The translations under genes were made by a program, and so were the position numbers. Source: Alteromonas sp. (GTDB lineage Bacteria; Margulisbacteria; Marinamargulisbacteria; UBA6595). Taken from it: a DNA stretch of 64,000 nucleotides. Shown here in pieces: positions 1 to 9,661 of this stretch. The notes under the pieces are model-generated. The model searched no databases. It saw nothing but the letters and a program-made list of their open reading frames with translations, and had not been told where the DNA came from. The stretch's first letter is position 1; each line of letters starts with the position of its first letter. The stretch spans positions 59,757 through 123,756 of the forward strand of contig CAXPTH010000006.1 in the NCBI GenBank assembly GCA_964220215.1, written 5' to 3'.

Positions 1-2
1 TT

Positions 3-329
3 GTTCGCACTAGTAATTGCAATTTAAATAATGCGAGTGATGAATTGAAGGCTGATCGTGATTTTATACTGGAAATGGTTAGGCAGGATGGGCGTGCGTT
101 GGAGTATGCGAGTGAGGCATTGCGTGGTGATCGTGAGGTGGTGCTGGAAGCGGTGAAGCAGTATGGGCGTGCGTTGGAGTATGCGAGTGAGGAATTGCGC
201 AGTGATTGTTATTTTATGCTGGAAGCGGTGAAGCAGGAATTGCAAGAAGTTTTTGCAAAACTTTTTTCTTCTTATAGAATATTTTATACTAGTCCTGAAT
301 GGAATTCAAAGGGCTTCCGACCATTGTAA
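3..329 (+). CDS. DUF4116-type 25-aa repeat protein, 3' part (reading frame open from window start)
   Basis: Repeats GRALEYASEALRGDREVVLEAVKQY / GRALEYASEELRSD; no stop in frame from base 3. Confidence 0.75.
   Translation, partial: VRTSNCNLNNASDELKADRDFILEMVRQDGRALEYASEALRGDREVVLEAVKQYGRALEYASEELRSDCYFMLEAVKQELQEVFAKLFSSYRIFYTSPEWNSKGFRPL
88..237 (+). repeat. Two near-identical 75-bp tandem coding repeats
   Basis: atgggcgtgcgttggagtatgcgagtgagg... at 88 and 163. Confidence 0.9.
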
Positions 330-653
330 TCGGATTGCAATTGAACAACAATCATAGATTCGGCTTTTTTAAGCAATTCTTTTGACCTTGAAATAAATCA
401 ATTAGAAGGCCAATAGAACTCGTTGATTTGTCTTTTTGATCTATGCTACAGTTAATTTATTAGAGAAATTAATTCTAGCTTCAGATTCAGGCCTTCTATA
501 AAAGCGCTAGGGGTTAGTTGGTTTAGGACTAAGCGTCCTGAATTTAGCAATATTAATCCGGTAAGTACCCAACCAATATCCCCTCCAGTAGCGTCACAGA
601 CGGGGCTAGTAGGTTGGCTGTTCCATGGCCAGGGGTCTAAACGGGTTTCCCCA

Positions 654-1262
654 ATGAGTGATGGCGAAATTCAGTTGCAAGAACTACGCAAATTTCGTTT
701 AGCAGCTAATTTTGTTAGCATTTGCAATAATCTTCCGCAAAATTTAAAAAATGACTTTGAATTTATGAAACAAGCGGCATGTATTAAACTAAGTGTTTTG
801 AATTACGTGGGTTCTGATTTACAACGCAATTCTAAGTTTTGGGATAGTGTGTGTTCACTTTATTCTAAAAATATTCAAAATGTACTTGAAATCCGAGACA
901 TTCAATACGGTTTTTTAATTGACGAGAGTTCTAATAGAAGGGATGTTCTATTTGTTGTGAGTCAATATGGTCGGGCATTACAATATGCTTCACCTGAATT
1001 AAGAGGTACTCGTGAAGTTGTAGTGACAGCGATTCAGAAAAATGCTCAGGCGTTACAGTATGCTTCAGCTGAATTAAGAGATGACATGGATATTGTACGT
1101 TCGGCAGTGGAAAGCGATGGGCGGGCATTACAATATGCTTCCAAGCCATGCCAAAACACGCTTCGGGAGGACATGCAAAAATTATTTCTTGACTCATCGA
1201 AGCAGGGGCCTGTTAATTGGGAGATTGTTAGGGAGATTGTTAGTTGGGAGCTTGTTGATTGA
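654..1262 (+). CDS. DUF4116-type repeat protein
   Basis: GRALQYASPELRGTREVV, AQALQYASAELRDD, GRALQYAS repeats with a 75-nt period; frame also open upstream to about 456. Confidence 0.75.
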   Translation: MSDGEIQLQELRKFRLAANFVSICNNLPQNLKNDFEFMKQAACIKLSVLNYVGSDLQRNSKFWDSVCSLYSKNIQNVLEIRDIQYGFLIDESSNRRDVLFVVSQYGRALQYASPELRGTREVVVTAIQKNAQALQYASAELRDDMDIVRSAVESDGRALQYASKPCQNTLREDMQKLFLDSSKQGPVNWEIVREIVSWELVD

Positions 1263-1314
1263 GCGAGTATCGAATAACCAGAAGTAGCAATTTTAGCACT
1301 AGAAAAACGAGTGG

Positions 1315-2547
1315 CTATAAACGATCAACAACTTGGGCCATAGACTCCGCTTTTTTGAGTAATTCTTCATATTCAGACTGAGGTGTGGAGTCCGCCACAA
1401 TGCCCCCGCCGCTGTGAAAATACAGTCGGCTTTGAGTGCCGTATAGTGTGCGAATGGCAATATTGAAATCGGCCAATTGTTGATCAAATCGAATTAACCC
1501 AATCGAGCCCGTGTACAACCCTCGGGGTGCTGTTTCCAATTCGTCAATCAGTGCCATAGCCGCCTGTTTCGGTGCTCCGGTAATGGAACCGCCCGGGGAT
1601 AGTGTTTTTAAAATATCCGCAATGGGGGCGGATGTCGCTCCACGAATAACCGATTCGGTATGAAAAACATTTGAAAATGCATGCACGGTGCGCAGCGCAT
1701 CAACCGTTACGGAGCCCGTCTGACACACCATCGCCAGATCATTGCGTAACAAGTCCGTAATCATCAGCAACTCCGCTTTATTCTTTTCAGACGCCAGCAA
1801 GGCCGCCTTAGCCGCACGGTCTTGCGCAGGGGTATGGCCTCGGGGCGCCGTTCCTTTAATCGGTTGTGTCACAATTTGACCGCCAGATTGTTTGAAAAAC
1901 CGTTCCGGGGAGGCACTGCAGATGACCCAGGGGTCCATATGAATATAGCAGCCAAACGGCGCAGGACTTTGGGCCCGTAGTTTGGCATAAAGTGCCGCTG
2001 GGTTCCCCGCATAATCCATATGAAACCGATGGCTTAAATTAACCTGATACACATTCCCACGTTGAATATGGTCAATAATTGTGGCAAACGCATCTTGATA
2101 CTGTTCATACTGCCAATCGCTATGAATGGGGCTGGTTTTGAAAGATGATGCATAGGGGACAAACAAGGATTCAATCGACGTGATTTTCGGGCACCCGGGT
2201 GCTGGGGTATGGATCCAATATTTTTTGTTGTTTGTGTGATCAATCACAACCGTTTTGTTGTAAACACCAAACATACTTGCCGGAAATTCGACCGAATTGC
2301 TTTGGGTATAGTTGTAACTCAAAAACCCAACAAAGCCGCCCGTAAAGTAGGGTGGTGGGTCGCCCTGGGGAATAAAGGCGGTATATTGGCCTAAACGGTC
2401 CATTAAATTGCCATGATGGCAGGTATCAATAGGGTCAAACCCCATGTAGCTGTAATCGCCCGGTTGACTGTCCAGCCAATAAAACCCATGGCGACCCGAC
2501 AGGCCTTCAAACAGGGTCTGCGTGGCAATATGGGAAATATCAACCAT
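1315..2547 (-). CDS. pabB: Aminodeoxychorismate synthase component I / anthranilate synthase I family
   Basis: YQVNLS, SPERF, PIKGT, KNKAELLMITDLLRNDL, SITGAPK, RGLYTG, NIAIRT motifs. Confidence 0.85.
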   Translation of the reverse strand: MVDISHIATQTLFEGLSGRHGFYWLDSQPGDYSYMGFDPIDTCHHGNLMDRLGQYTAFIPQGDPPPYFTGGFVGFLSYNYTQSNSVEFPASMFGVYNKTVVIDHTNNKKYWIHTPAPGCPKITSIESLFVPYASSFKTSPIHSDWQYEQYQDAFATIIDHIQRGNVYQVNLSHRFHMDYAGNPAALYAKLRAQSPAPFGCYIHMDPWVICSASPERFFKQSGGQIVTQPIKGTAPRGHTPAQDRAAKAALLASEKNKAELLMITDLLRNDLAMVCQTGSVTVDALRTVHAFSNVFHTESVIRGATSAPIADILKTLSPGGSITGAPKQAAMALIDELETAPRGLYTGSIGLIRFDQQLADFNIAIRTLYGTQSRLYFHSGGGIVADSTPQSEYEELLKKAESMAQVVDRL

Positions 2548-2551
2548 GGGG

Positions 2552-4360
2552 CTAGCTATCGATTTTAAGAACGGCCATAAACGCTTCTTTGGGCACAGAA
2601 ATGGACCCGATGCTCTTCATTTTCTTTTTACCTTCTTTTTGCCGTTCAATGAGTTTTCGCTTTCGACTGATGTCGCCGCCGTAGCATTTTTCGGTAACAT
2701 TTTTTCGCATGGCGCTAATGCTTTCTCGGCATATGACCTTGCCTCCAATGGCCGCTTGAATGGCAACTTCATATAGTTGTCTAGGGATAAGTTCTTTCAG
2801 TTTTTTGGTTAGTTTTAAGCTGATTCCCCGAGCTTTGTCTCGGTGGCAGATGAACGATAGGGCATCCACGGGGTCTTTGTTAATCAACACGTCCACTTTT
2901 ACTAGCTTAGCGGGCTGATAGTCCTCAAACCAATAGTCCATCGAGGCATAGCCCCGGGTTCTGGATTTGAGTTGGTCAAAAAACGAAGTGATTAATTCAT
3001 TGAGTGGAATTGAAAACGTGAGCAGTTGACGTTCGGCATCCAAATATTCGGCTTTTTTGTAATGAGCGCGATGCTCTTGGCACAACGTCATGACAGCACC
3101 CAGATACGTGTTGGGGACCATAATGGTGAGGCCCATAAATGGTTCTTCGGTAATGGCTATTTTTTGTGGGTCGGGGTAATCAGACGGGTTTTCAAATGTG
3201 TAGGATTCGCCGCTATTTAAGGTGAGCCGATAGGTGACATTGGGGGCTGTGCTCACAATATCGATATTAAATTCTCGGGATAAGCGTTCGGAAATAATAT
3301 CCATATGCAACAAGCCCAGGAATCCGCACCGATACCCATGCCCCAAGGCCTGAGAGGACTCGGGCTCAAACTGCAAGGCAGAGTCGTTGAGCTTTAATTT
3401 GTCCAGCGCATCTTTTAATAGGGGGTAATCGGCGGTATCTACAGGGTAAAACCCGCAAAATACCATGGGCTTGGCTTTGGCGTATCCTTTGAGTGGCGTT
3501 ACGTCTTTTTGGGTTTTTACATGCGTAATCGTGTCGCCAATTTGTGCATCGCTGATTGTTTTAATATTGGCAATTAAATAGCCAACCTCTCCGGTATTCA
3601 GTTGATCTCGCTTGACCATTTTTGGCTGAAAGGCACCAATTTCCAAGGCGTCATAGGTGGTTTGTGTGGCCATGCAAATAATTTTGTCACCGGGCGTTAG
3701 GGTGCCATCAATGATTCGAACATACGTGATGACGCCACGATAGGCATCGTAATGGGCATCATAAATTAAGGCGCGTAATGCATCGGATTGGCTGGGTTTT
3801 GGCGGTGATATTCGGTTGGCAATGGCGGAAAGAATGGCGTCAACGCCCTCGCCGGTTTTGGCGGAGCAGGGCAGGCAATCAGCGGCGTCAATGCCCAAGA
3901 CTTGTTCAATATCTTGGGCCACTTTTTCAACATTGGCGGAGGGTAAATCAATTTTATTAATCACGGGAATAATGTCTAAATCATGGTCTAGAGCTAGGTA
4001 GAAGTTGGCCAATGTTTGGGCTTCAATGCCTTGGGTGGCATCCACCAGCAGCAGAGCCCCTTCACACGCTGCAAGGGATCGGGAAACTTCATAGCTGAAA
4101 TCGACGTGGCCGGGGGTGTCAATTAAATTCATGGTAATGGGGGTGTCGGTTGGTTTTGGCTGGTAGGTCATGCGAATGGCCTGCATTTTGATGGTGATGC
4201 CCCGTTCGCGTTCCAAGTCCATAGAATCGAGTAGCTGCCCTTTCATATCCCGTTTTTCAACGGTATGGGTCATCTCAATTAATCGATCAGCCAAGGTGGA
4301 CTTGCCGTGATCAATATGGGCAATAATGCAAAAATTTCGAATGTGCTTTGTATCACTCAT
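2552..4360 (-). CDS. lepA: Elongation factor 4 (LepA)
   Basis: IRNFCIIAHIDHGKSTLADR, DTPGHVDF, CYGGDISRKRKL. Confidence 0.98.
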   Translation of the reverse strand: MSDTKHIRNFCIIAHIDHGKSTLADRLIEMTHTVEKRDMKGQLLDSMDLERERGITIKMQAIRMTYQPKPTDTPITMNLIDTPGHVDFSYEVSRSLAACEGALLLVDATQGIEAQTLANFYLALDHDLDIIPVINKIDLPSANVEKVAQDIEQVLGIDAADCLPCSAKTGEGVDAILSAIANRISPPKPSQSDALRALIYDAHYDAYRGVITYVRIIDGTLTPGDKIICMATQTTYDALEIGAFQPKMVKRDQLNTGEVGYLIANIKTISDAQIGDTITHVKTQKDVTPLKGYAKAKPMVFCGFYPVDTADYPLLKDALDKLKLNDSALQFEPESSQALGHGYRCGFLGLLHMDIISERLSREFNIDIVSTAPNVTYRLTLNSGESYTFENPSDYPDPQKIAITEEPFMGLTIMVPNTYLGAVMTLCQEHRAHYKKAEYLDAERQLLTFSIPLNELITSFFDQLKSRTRGYASMDYWFEDYQPAKLVKVDVLINKDPVDALSFICHRDKARGISLKLTKKLKELIPRQLYEVAIQAAIGGKVICRESISAMRKNVTEKCYGGDISRKRKLIERQKEGKKKMKSIGSISVPKEAFMAVLKIDS

Positions 4361-4442
4361 CGTATTTAATAGTATACCGTATTATACGCACTTCGTTTAC
4401 ATAGTGGTTTTTTATGTGCCTCCAGTTTACCTCTAGGTGCTT

Positions 4443-4818
4443 AATCCCTAGCCCCCTAAATCCCTAGGCCCCTAAATCCCTAGGCCCCTAAATCCCCTAA
4501 AGGGGACTTGTGATACGGATAATCTCAATAAAGAGGCATGAGGCGTGACATTTAGGCGATGCCATAGCATTGGGTCAAATTTAGATAAGTGATTTTAAGA
4601 ATCCAAATGCACAGGAGTCCCCCTTTAGGGGGATTTAGGGGGCTTTTAGGGGGCTCGTGATACGGATAATCTCAATAAAGAGGCATGAGGTGTGACATTT
4701 AGGCGATGCCATAGCATTGGGTTAAGTTTAGATAAGTGATTTTAAGAATCCAAATGCACAAAAGTCCCCCTTTAGGGGGACTTTAGGGGGATTTAGGGGG
4801 CTTTTAGGGGATTTAGGC
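4443..4818. repeat. REP/REPIN-like cluster: 16-bp tandem units plus a ~147-bp direct duplication bounded by inverted CCCCTAAATCCCCTAAAGGGGACT-type repeats
   Basis: aaatccctaggcccct about x3 at 4443-4490; copies starting gtgatacggataatc at 4510 and 4657; agtccccctttagggggatttagggggc is the inverted form of the left end. Confidence 0.85.
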
Positions 4819-4989
4819 CAAGGGGGATAGTGGCCTAGGGTGGACTTAGTCGCTAATAAAGTTCTTAGGTGGCTGAGTAACAGGCGAGGGTTTCAGCAAA
4901 CGAAAGCTTGCTAGATATAGTTGTGTCTTAATGTTTTAGAATCCGATTGCAGGATTTACCTCTTCTCATTATTGTGAAGCACGTCGTTT

Positions 4990-5772
4990 CTATAATTTGT
5001 CATTATCAATCAGCCGGGTCCTCCCGAGGTAGGCAGCCAGCATCAAGCGGTCGTTCGAGCGGATATCCCGGTCAATCGGCTGTAGGGATAGGGGGTCTGC
5101 GATTCCAACATAGTCAACCGCCAGGGCTTCACCAAGAATATTGCGGCACGCCTGTAGCACCACCCCCGGGTTTTTTTCTCCACGAGACACCCTTTCCTTG
5201 GCAGCCTGGATCGCCTGATACAAATGTGTGGCATGGGGCCGCTCCGTCGGGCTCAAGTACTGGTTTCGGGAGCTATATGCTAACCCATCAGTCTCTCGCA
5301 CAATGGGGCACGGGACAACCGCAATAGGCAATTGGTAATCCTGCATCAATGCGTGAATAATTGCGTATTGTTGGTAATCTTTTTCGCCCATGTACAATCG
5401 GGTTGGCTGTACCTGCTGGCATAAGCGAAATACAACCGTACATACACCATCAAAAAAATGCGGGCGGCTGCTGCCACACCAGTGTTGCGCCATGGCTTTT
5501 GGAGCGACAATACCACACGCATTGTCGATGCCTAGGGGATACAAATCGGTTGTGGTTGGGGTCCATACCGTCACGGTGTCGTATTGGCTCAGCAGTGCTT
5601 GGTCCGCATCTAAGGTTCTGGGGTATTGATCAAAATCTTCGTTTGGGCCAAATTGAAGCGGGTTGACGTAGATGCTGACAATGGTTTTTTCATTTTCACG
5701 GATGCTACGTTCAATCAGGGACAAATGCCCGGCATGCAGGTTCCCCATCGTGGGCACAAAGCCCAGACTCAT
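4990..5772 (-). CDS. panC: Pantoate-beta-alanine ligase
   Basis: GFVPTMGNLHAGH, VNPLQFGPNED, GEKDYQQ, SSRNQYL, RLIDN. Confidence 0.95.
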   Translation of the reverse strand: MSLGFVPTMGNLHAGHLSLIERSIRENEKTIVSIYVNPLQFGPNEDFDQYPRTLDADQALLSQYDTVTVWTPTTTDLYPLGIDNACGIVAPKAMAQHWCGSSRPHFFDGVCTVVFRLCQQVQPTRLYMGEKDYQQYAIIHALMQDYQLPIAVVPCPIVRETDGLAYSSRNQYLSPTERPHATHLYQAIQAAKERVSRGEKNPGVVLQACRNILGEALAVDYVGIADPLSLQPIDRDIRSNDRLMLAAYLGRTRLIDNDKL

Positions 5773-5859
5773 TGGGATAAAATGACAATCAAAATAGTAA
5801 TCAAAATACTAATAATTTTGAGTTCAATATTTTGAATAACTAGCGTATGAAAAACCTGT

Positions 5860-8007
5860 TTAATTTTCGAGAACATGTTCGGTGTTGCAACGCATGCACT
5901 GCCACGTTTTGGTATCTTTTTTCACTTTTTCAAGTATAATTGTGCTATCGCATTCTGTGCAAGCGTGTTGAATGGGTCGATCCCATAAGGCAAATGTGCA
6001 TTTGGGGTATCCAGAACAACCAAAAAAGATTTTCCCACGGCGTGTTTTTCGTTCTACAATGGGGTTTTCAAGATTGTTTTTGGTGCATTCGGGGCAATGA
6101 ATGCCGGTGGATACAACGGTTTTGGGGGTCTTTAAAATGGTTTTGCATTCGGGGTAATTGGAGCAGGCCGTAAATTCACCATATCGGCCTGTTTTAATAA
6201 CCATAGGGCTACCACAGTTTTCGCAGTCTAAGTCGGTGGGTTTGTCTCGATTTACTTTTTCCATTTGGGCATCGGCGATGCTAATTTGTTTGGAAAATGG
6301 GTCATAAAAAGACCGAACAACCGCATGCCAATCATGCCCCCCAGACATAATTTCATCCAGCTGATTTTCTAGATTGGCTGTGAATTTGACGTTTAAAATG
6401 TCATCAAAAAATTCGCCCAATTTGGTATTAACAATTTGCCCAAGCTCTGTTGAAATGAGCTGGCGACCATTTTTGTCTACGTATCCGCGATCTTGAATGG
6501 TGCTCATGGTGGGGGCATAGGTTGATGGGCGTCCAATGCCTTCTTGTTCTAAGGTTTTGATTAAACTAGCTTCGGTATATCGGGGTGGGGGCTGGGTGAA
6601 CTTTTGAGTGGCTAAAACGGCATTTAAGTCTAAGATTTGCTGTTCAGATAGCTTGGGCAATTGTTGGTTGTCTGAATGGGTGTCCTCTTCGGTTTTTTCC
6701 TCATATACTTTTTTAAATCCATCAAACACAATGCGACTGCCGTTGGCTTTTAAGTAGTAATCGGTATCAGTTTTGACTAAAATTTGGGTCGATTCCAATT
6801 CACACGCGGTCATTTGAGAAGCCACAAACCGATTCCAGATTAATCGGTAGAGTTTCTTTTGATCCGCCGATAAGTATCGGTCAATCCGGTCGGGTGGGTG
6901 GGTGACGTAAGAGGGGCGAATGGCTTCGTGTGCATCTTGGGCGTTGCCTTTGGTTTTAAATGCGCGTGGATTCAAATACTTGTCCCCATATGTTTTTTCA
7001 ACGTAGCCCCGAACCGCATGCAACGCTTCGTCCGCAATGCGAACAGAGTCGGTTCGCATATAGGTGATAAGCCCCACGGTCTCATCGCCAATGTCAATTC
7101 CCTCATACAATTGCTGGGCCACAGACATGGTTTTTTTGGCTGACCAACCAAACCAGCGGGAGGCCTCTTGCTGCAAGGATGAGGTAATGAACGGGGGCTT
7201 GGGTTGCCGGTGAATGGGTTTGATGGTAATGGTATCAATGTGAAATTTAGATGCGTTTAGGTCTGATTCAACACGCCGTGCGGTAGTTTCGTTGGGAATC
7301 TCAAGTTTATTTTTGGGGTCATCTTTGGCAATGAGCTGGCATTGCAAGGTCTGGTCATCAGGCAAATCAAAGGTGCTGGTGATAATCCAAAATTCTTCCG
7401 GAACGAAGGCGGCAATTTGGGCATCGCGTTCACAAATTAATTTCACGGATACGGATTGAACCCGTCCGGCACTCAGGCCACGTTGAATTTTTTTGCCTAA
7501 AATAGGGCTTAAACTGTAGCCAATGAGCCGATCCAAAATACGCCGAGCCTGCTGGGCATCCACCATAGCACGGTCAATATCGCGCGCATGTTCAATGGAG
7601 CGCTGGACGGATGTTTTAGTAATTTCAGAGAAGACAATGCGTTTGAATTTATCGGCATCAATGCTATTGAGTGATTCCTGGACATGCCAAGCGATGGCTT
7701 CACCTTCACGATCCGGGTCTGTGGCAAGGTAAATCGTTGGGGCGGCTTTGGCCAGAGCTTTTAATTCTTTTAGAATAGTTTTTTTGTCTTTTAATTCAAT
7801 GTATTTGGGTACAAAGTTGTCTTCAATATCAATGCCGAGGCGTGTTTTAGGCAGATCGCGCACGTGGCCGTAAGAGGCTCGAACCACATAGCTTCGGCCT
7901 AAAAATTTCTCGATCGTTTTGGCTTTTGCGGGTGATTCAACAATTACCAAATGACGAGCCGATGGCTTTTTCGCTTTTTTTGTTGATTTCTTTGTTGTAT
8001 TTGACAT
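5860..8007 (-). CDS. topA: DNA topoisomerase I with C-terminal Zn ribbons
   Basis: IVESPAKAKTI, ATDPDREGEAIAW, GLITYMRTDS, C4 zinc ribbons. Confidence 0.97.
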   Translation of the reverse strand: MSNTTKKSTKKAKKPSARHLVIVESPAKAKTIEKFLGRSYVVRASYGHVRDLPKTRLGIDIEDNFVPKYIELKDKKTILKELKALAKAAPTIYLATDPDREGEAIAWHVQESLNSIDADKFKRIVFSEITKTSVQRSIEHARDIDRAMVDAQQARRILDRLIGYSLSPILGKKIQRGLSAGRVQSVSVKLICERDAQIAAFVPEEFWIITSTFDLPDDQTLQCQLIAKDDPKNKLEIPNETTARRVESDLNASKFHIDTITIKPIHRQPKPPFITSSLQQEASRWFGWSAKKTMSVAQQLYEGIDIGDETVGLITYMRTDSVRIADEALHAVRGYVEKTYGDKYLNPRAFKTKGNAQDAHEAIRPSYVTHPPDRIDRYLSADQKKLYRLIWNRFVASQMTACELESTQILVKTDTDYYLKANGSRIVFDGFKKVYEEKTEEDTHSDNQQLPKLSEQQILDLNAVLATQKFTQPPPRYTEASLIKTLEQEGIGRPSTYAPTMSTIQDRGYVDKNGRQLISTELGQIVNTKLGEFFDDILNVKFTANLENQLDEIMSGGHDWHAVVRSFYDPFSKQISIADAQMEKVNRDKPTDLDCENCGSPMVIKTGRYGEFTACSNYPECKTILKTPKTVVSTGIHCPECTKNNLENPIVERKTRRGKIFFGCSGYPKCTFALWDRPIQHACTECDSTIILEKVKKDTKTWQCMRCNTEHVLEN

Positions 8008-8075
8008 GATAATTTCTTGATTATAAGTAGTAATCCAAAATTAAGTCATGTGTCAAGTATTGCTCAAAACATAGT

Positions 8076-8092
8076 AATCCTGATCAGATTAT
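8076..8092. promoter_or_regulatory. Imperfect palindrome, possible Rrf2-regulator operator
   Basis: taatcctgatcagatta immediately upstream of the Rrf2 gene. Confidence 0.3.
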
Positions 8093-8109
8093 GGTAGTAT
8101 AAAGATGGT

Positions 8110-8502
8110 ATGAGCAGTGTGTCACAAAAAACGGGTTACGGTTTAATGGCTTTGTATGCGATGGCAGAAGCCAGTCAGGTGATTCAAAGCCGCAGCATTG
8201 CCGAGCGTTATGGTATTCCTCACGCCTATTTAGAGCAAGTGCTGGTGATTTTACGAAAATCAGGGTTGTGTCAAAGCATTCGTGGCAAGCATGGGGGGTA
8301 TCAGTTGGCACGGCCATCGGCATCTATTCAGATTGGCGATGTGATTCAGGCCTTGGAGGGGAACCCTCAGTATGGGTATAATAGACATCATATGATTAAT
8401 GATTTAGATAATCGATTGCAAGCGGCGATGACGCCAGTCTTGTCTGAAACCTTAGCGCAGTGGGTGCAACGGTATCAATCCGGCTTGGTGTACGCAATAT
8501 GA
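8110..8502 (+). CDS. Rrf2 family transcriptional regulator (CymR-like)
   Basis: YLEQVLVILRKSGLCQSIRGKHGGYQLAR...ALEG; lacks the IscR three-Cys motif; heads the cys operon. Confidence 0.9.
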   Translation: MSSVSQKTGYGLMALYAMAEASQVIQSRSIAERYGIPHAYLEQVLVILRKSGLCQSIRGKHGGYQLARPSASIQIGDVIQALEGNPQYGYNRHHMINDLDNRLQAAMTPVLSETLAQWVQRYQSGLVYAI

Positions 8503-9422
8503 GCCGGATTGTCACCATGCAAGAGTTGGTGGGCAATACGCCGTTGGTGCGGTTGACCACGTTGTCTGAAAAGACGGGCTGTACACTATTGGGAAAATTG
8601 GAATCGGCCAATCCGGGGGGGTCGGTGAAAGATCGGGCCGCTTTGGCGATGGTTGAAGCGGCGGAGCACAGTGGGGACTTAACTCAGGGGGGGCACATTA
8701 TCGAACCCACTTCGGGAAACACGGGGGTCGCCTTAGCGTTTATTGGTGTGTTGAAGGGGTATTCGGTGACGCTGGTAATGCCAGATTCTATGAGTATCGA
8801 ACGTCGGGCTATTTTAAAAGCCTATGGGGCCAATGTTGTGTTGACACAGGGTCATTTGGGGATGGCGGGGGCTATTCAAACCGCTGAGGAGTTGGTGGAA
8901 AAAACACAGGGCGCCTTTATGCCCCAGCAATTTAAAAATCCCGCCAATCCGCAAAAGCATCGGGATACGACAGCTGAAGAAATTTGGCGCGATACCGGTG
9001 GTGTGATTGATGCGTTTGTTGCGGGGGTTGGTACCGGTGGAACAGTGAGTGGTGTGGGGTCTGTGTTGAAGCGGTATCAACCCCGTATTCATATTGTGGG
9101 GGTTGAGCCTGCGGATTCAGCTGTCATTTCCGGTCAGGCCCCAGGGCCGCACATGATTCAAGGTATTGGAGCGGGATTTATACCCGACAATTTGGATCGA
9201 ACGGTGTTGGATGAAGTTTTGACGGTTCGCAACGACGATGCGTTGGGTATGGGTCGGTATTTGGCACGAACGGAAGGGATTCTGTCTGGAATTTCATCGG
9301 GTGCTAATGTGCATGCCGCCGTTGAGTTGGCCAAACGTCCAGAATTTAAAGGAAAAACCATTGTGTGTATCATTTGCGATACGGGTGAGCGGTATCTCAG
9401 CACGGTGTTGTTTGATCAATAA
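8499..9422 (+). CDS. cysK: Cysteine synthase A
   Basis: VGNTPLV, NPGGSVKDR, EPTSGNTG, GVGTGGT, IQGIGAG, GERYLST; ATG overlaps upstream stop. Confidence 0.96.
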   Translation: MSRIVTMQELVGNTPLVRLTTLSEKTGCTLLGKLESANPGGSVKDRAALAMVEAAEHSGDLTQGGHIIEPTSGNTGVALAFIGVLKGYSVTLVMPDSMSIERRAILKAYGANVVLTQGHLGMAGAIQTAEELVEKTQGAFMPQQFKNPANPQKHRDTTAEEIWRDTGGVIDAFVAGVGTGGTVSGVGSVLKRYQPRIHIVGVEPADSAVISGQAPGPHMIQGIGAGFIPDNLDRTVLDEVLTVRNDDALGMGRYLARTEGILSGISSGANVHAAVELAKRPEFKGKTIVCIICDTGERYLSTVLFDQ

Positions 9423-9447
9423 GGTAAGGAATATAAGGAGATAAGCA

Positions 9448-9654
9448 ATGGCAAAAGTTGTGATTAATGGTGAAGAAAAAACAGTGAATGCTACCAGTAT
9501 TACTGAATTGTTGGCCGAGGAGTCGGTTAAAATGCCCGACATGGTATCTGTGCAATGCAACGATAAAATGCTAAATCGAGCTGATTTTGATGCCACATTA
9601 ATTCAGGATGGGGATGTGATTGAATTTTTGTATTTTATGGGTGGAGGCCATTGA
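9448..9654 (+). CDS. ThiS/HcyS-like sulfur carrier protein with a one-residue C-terminal extension
   Basis: 68 aa, INGE...DGDVIEFLYFMGGGH; RBS aaggag. Confidence 0.9.
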   Translation: MAKVVINGEEKTVNATSITELLAEESVKMPDMVSVQCNDKMLNRADFDATLIQDGDVIEFLYFMGGGH

Positions 9655-9661
9655 TCGATCA

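Noticed and set aside
4443..4818. CRISPR array
   Set aside because: Intervening segments are near-identical copies rather than unique spacers, and no cas genes were seen
4880..4990. GAAA-capped hairpin (agcaaacgaaagcttgct) as a c-di-GMP riboswitch or ncRNA
   Set aside because: Remaining consensus elements not found and no co-oriented downstream gene
5773..5859. Frameshifted N-terminus of panC
   Set aside because: PanC is slightly short at the N-terminus, but no upstream frame convincingly matches and all catalytic motifs are present
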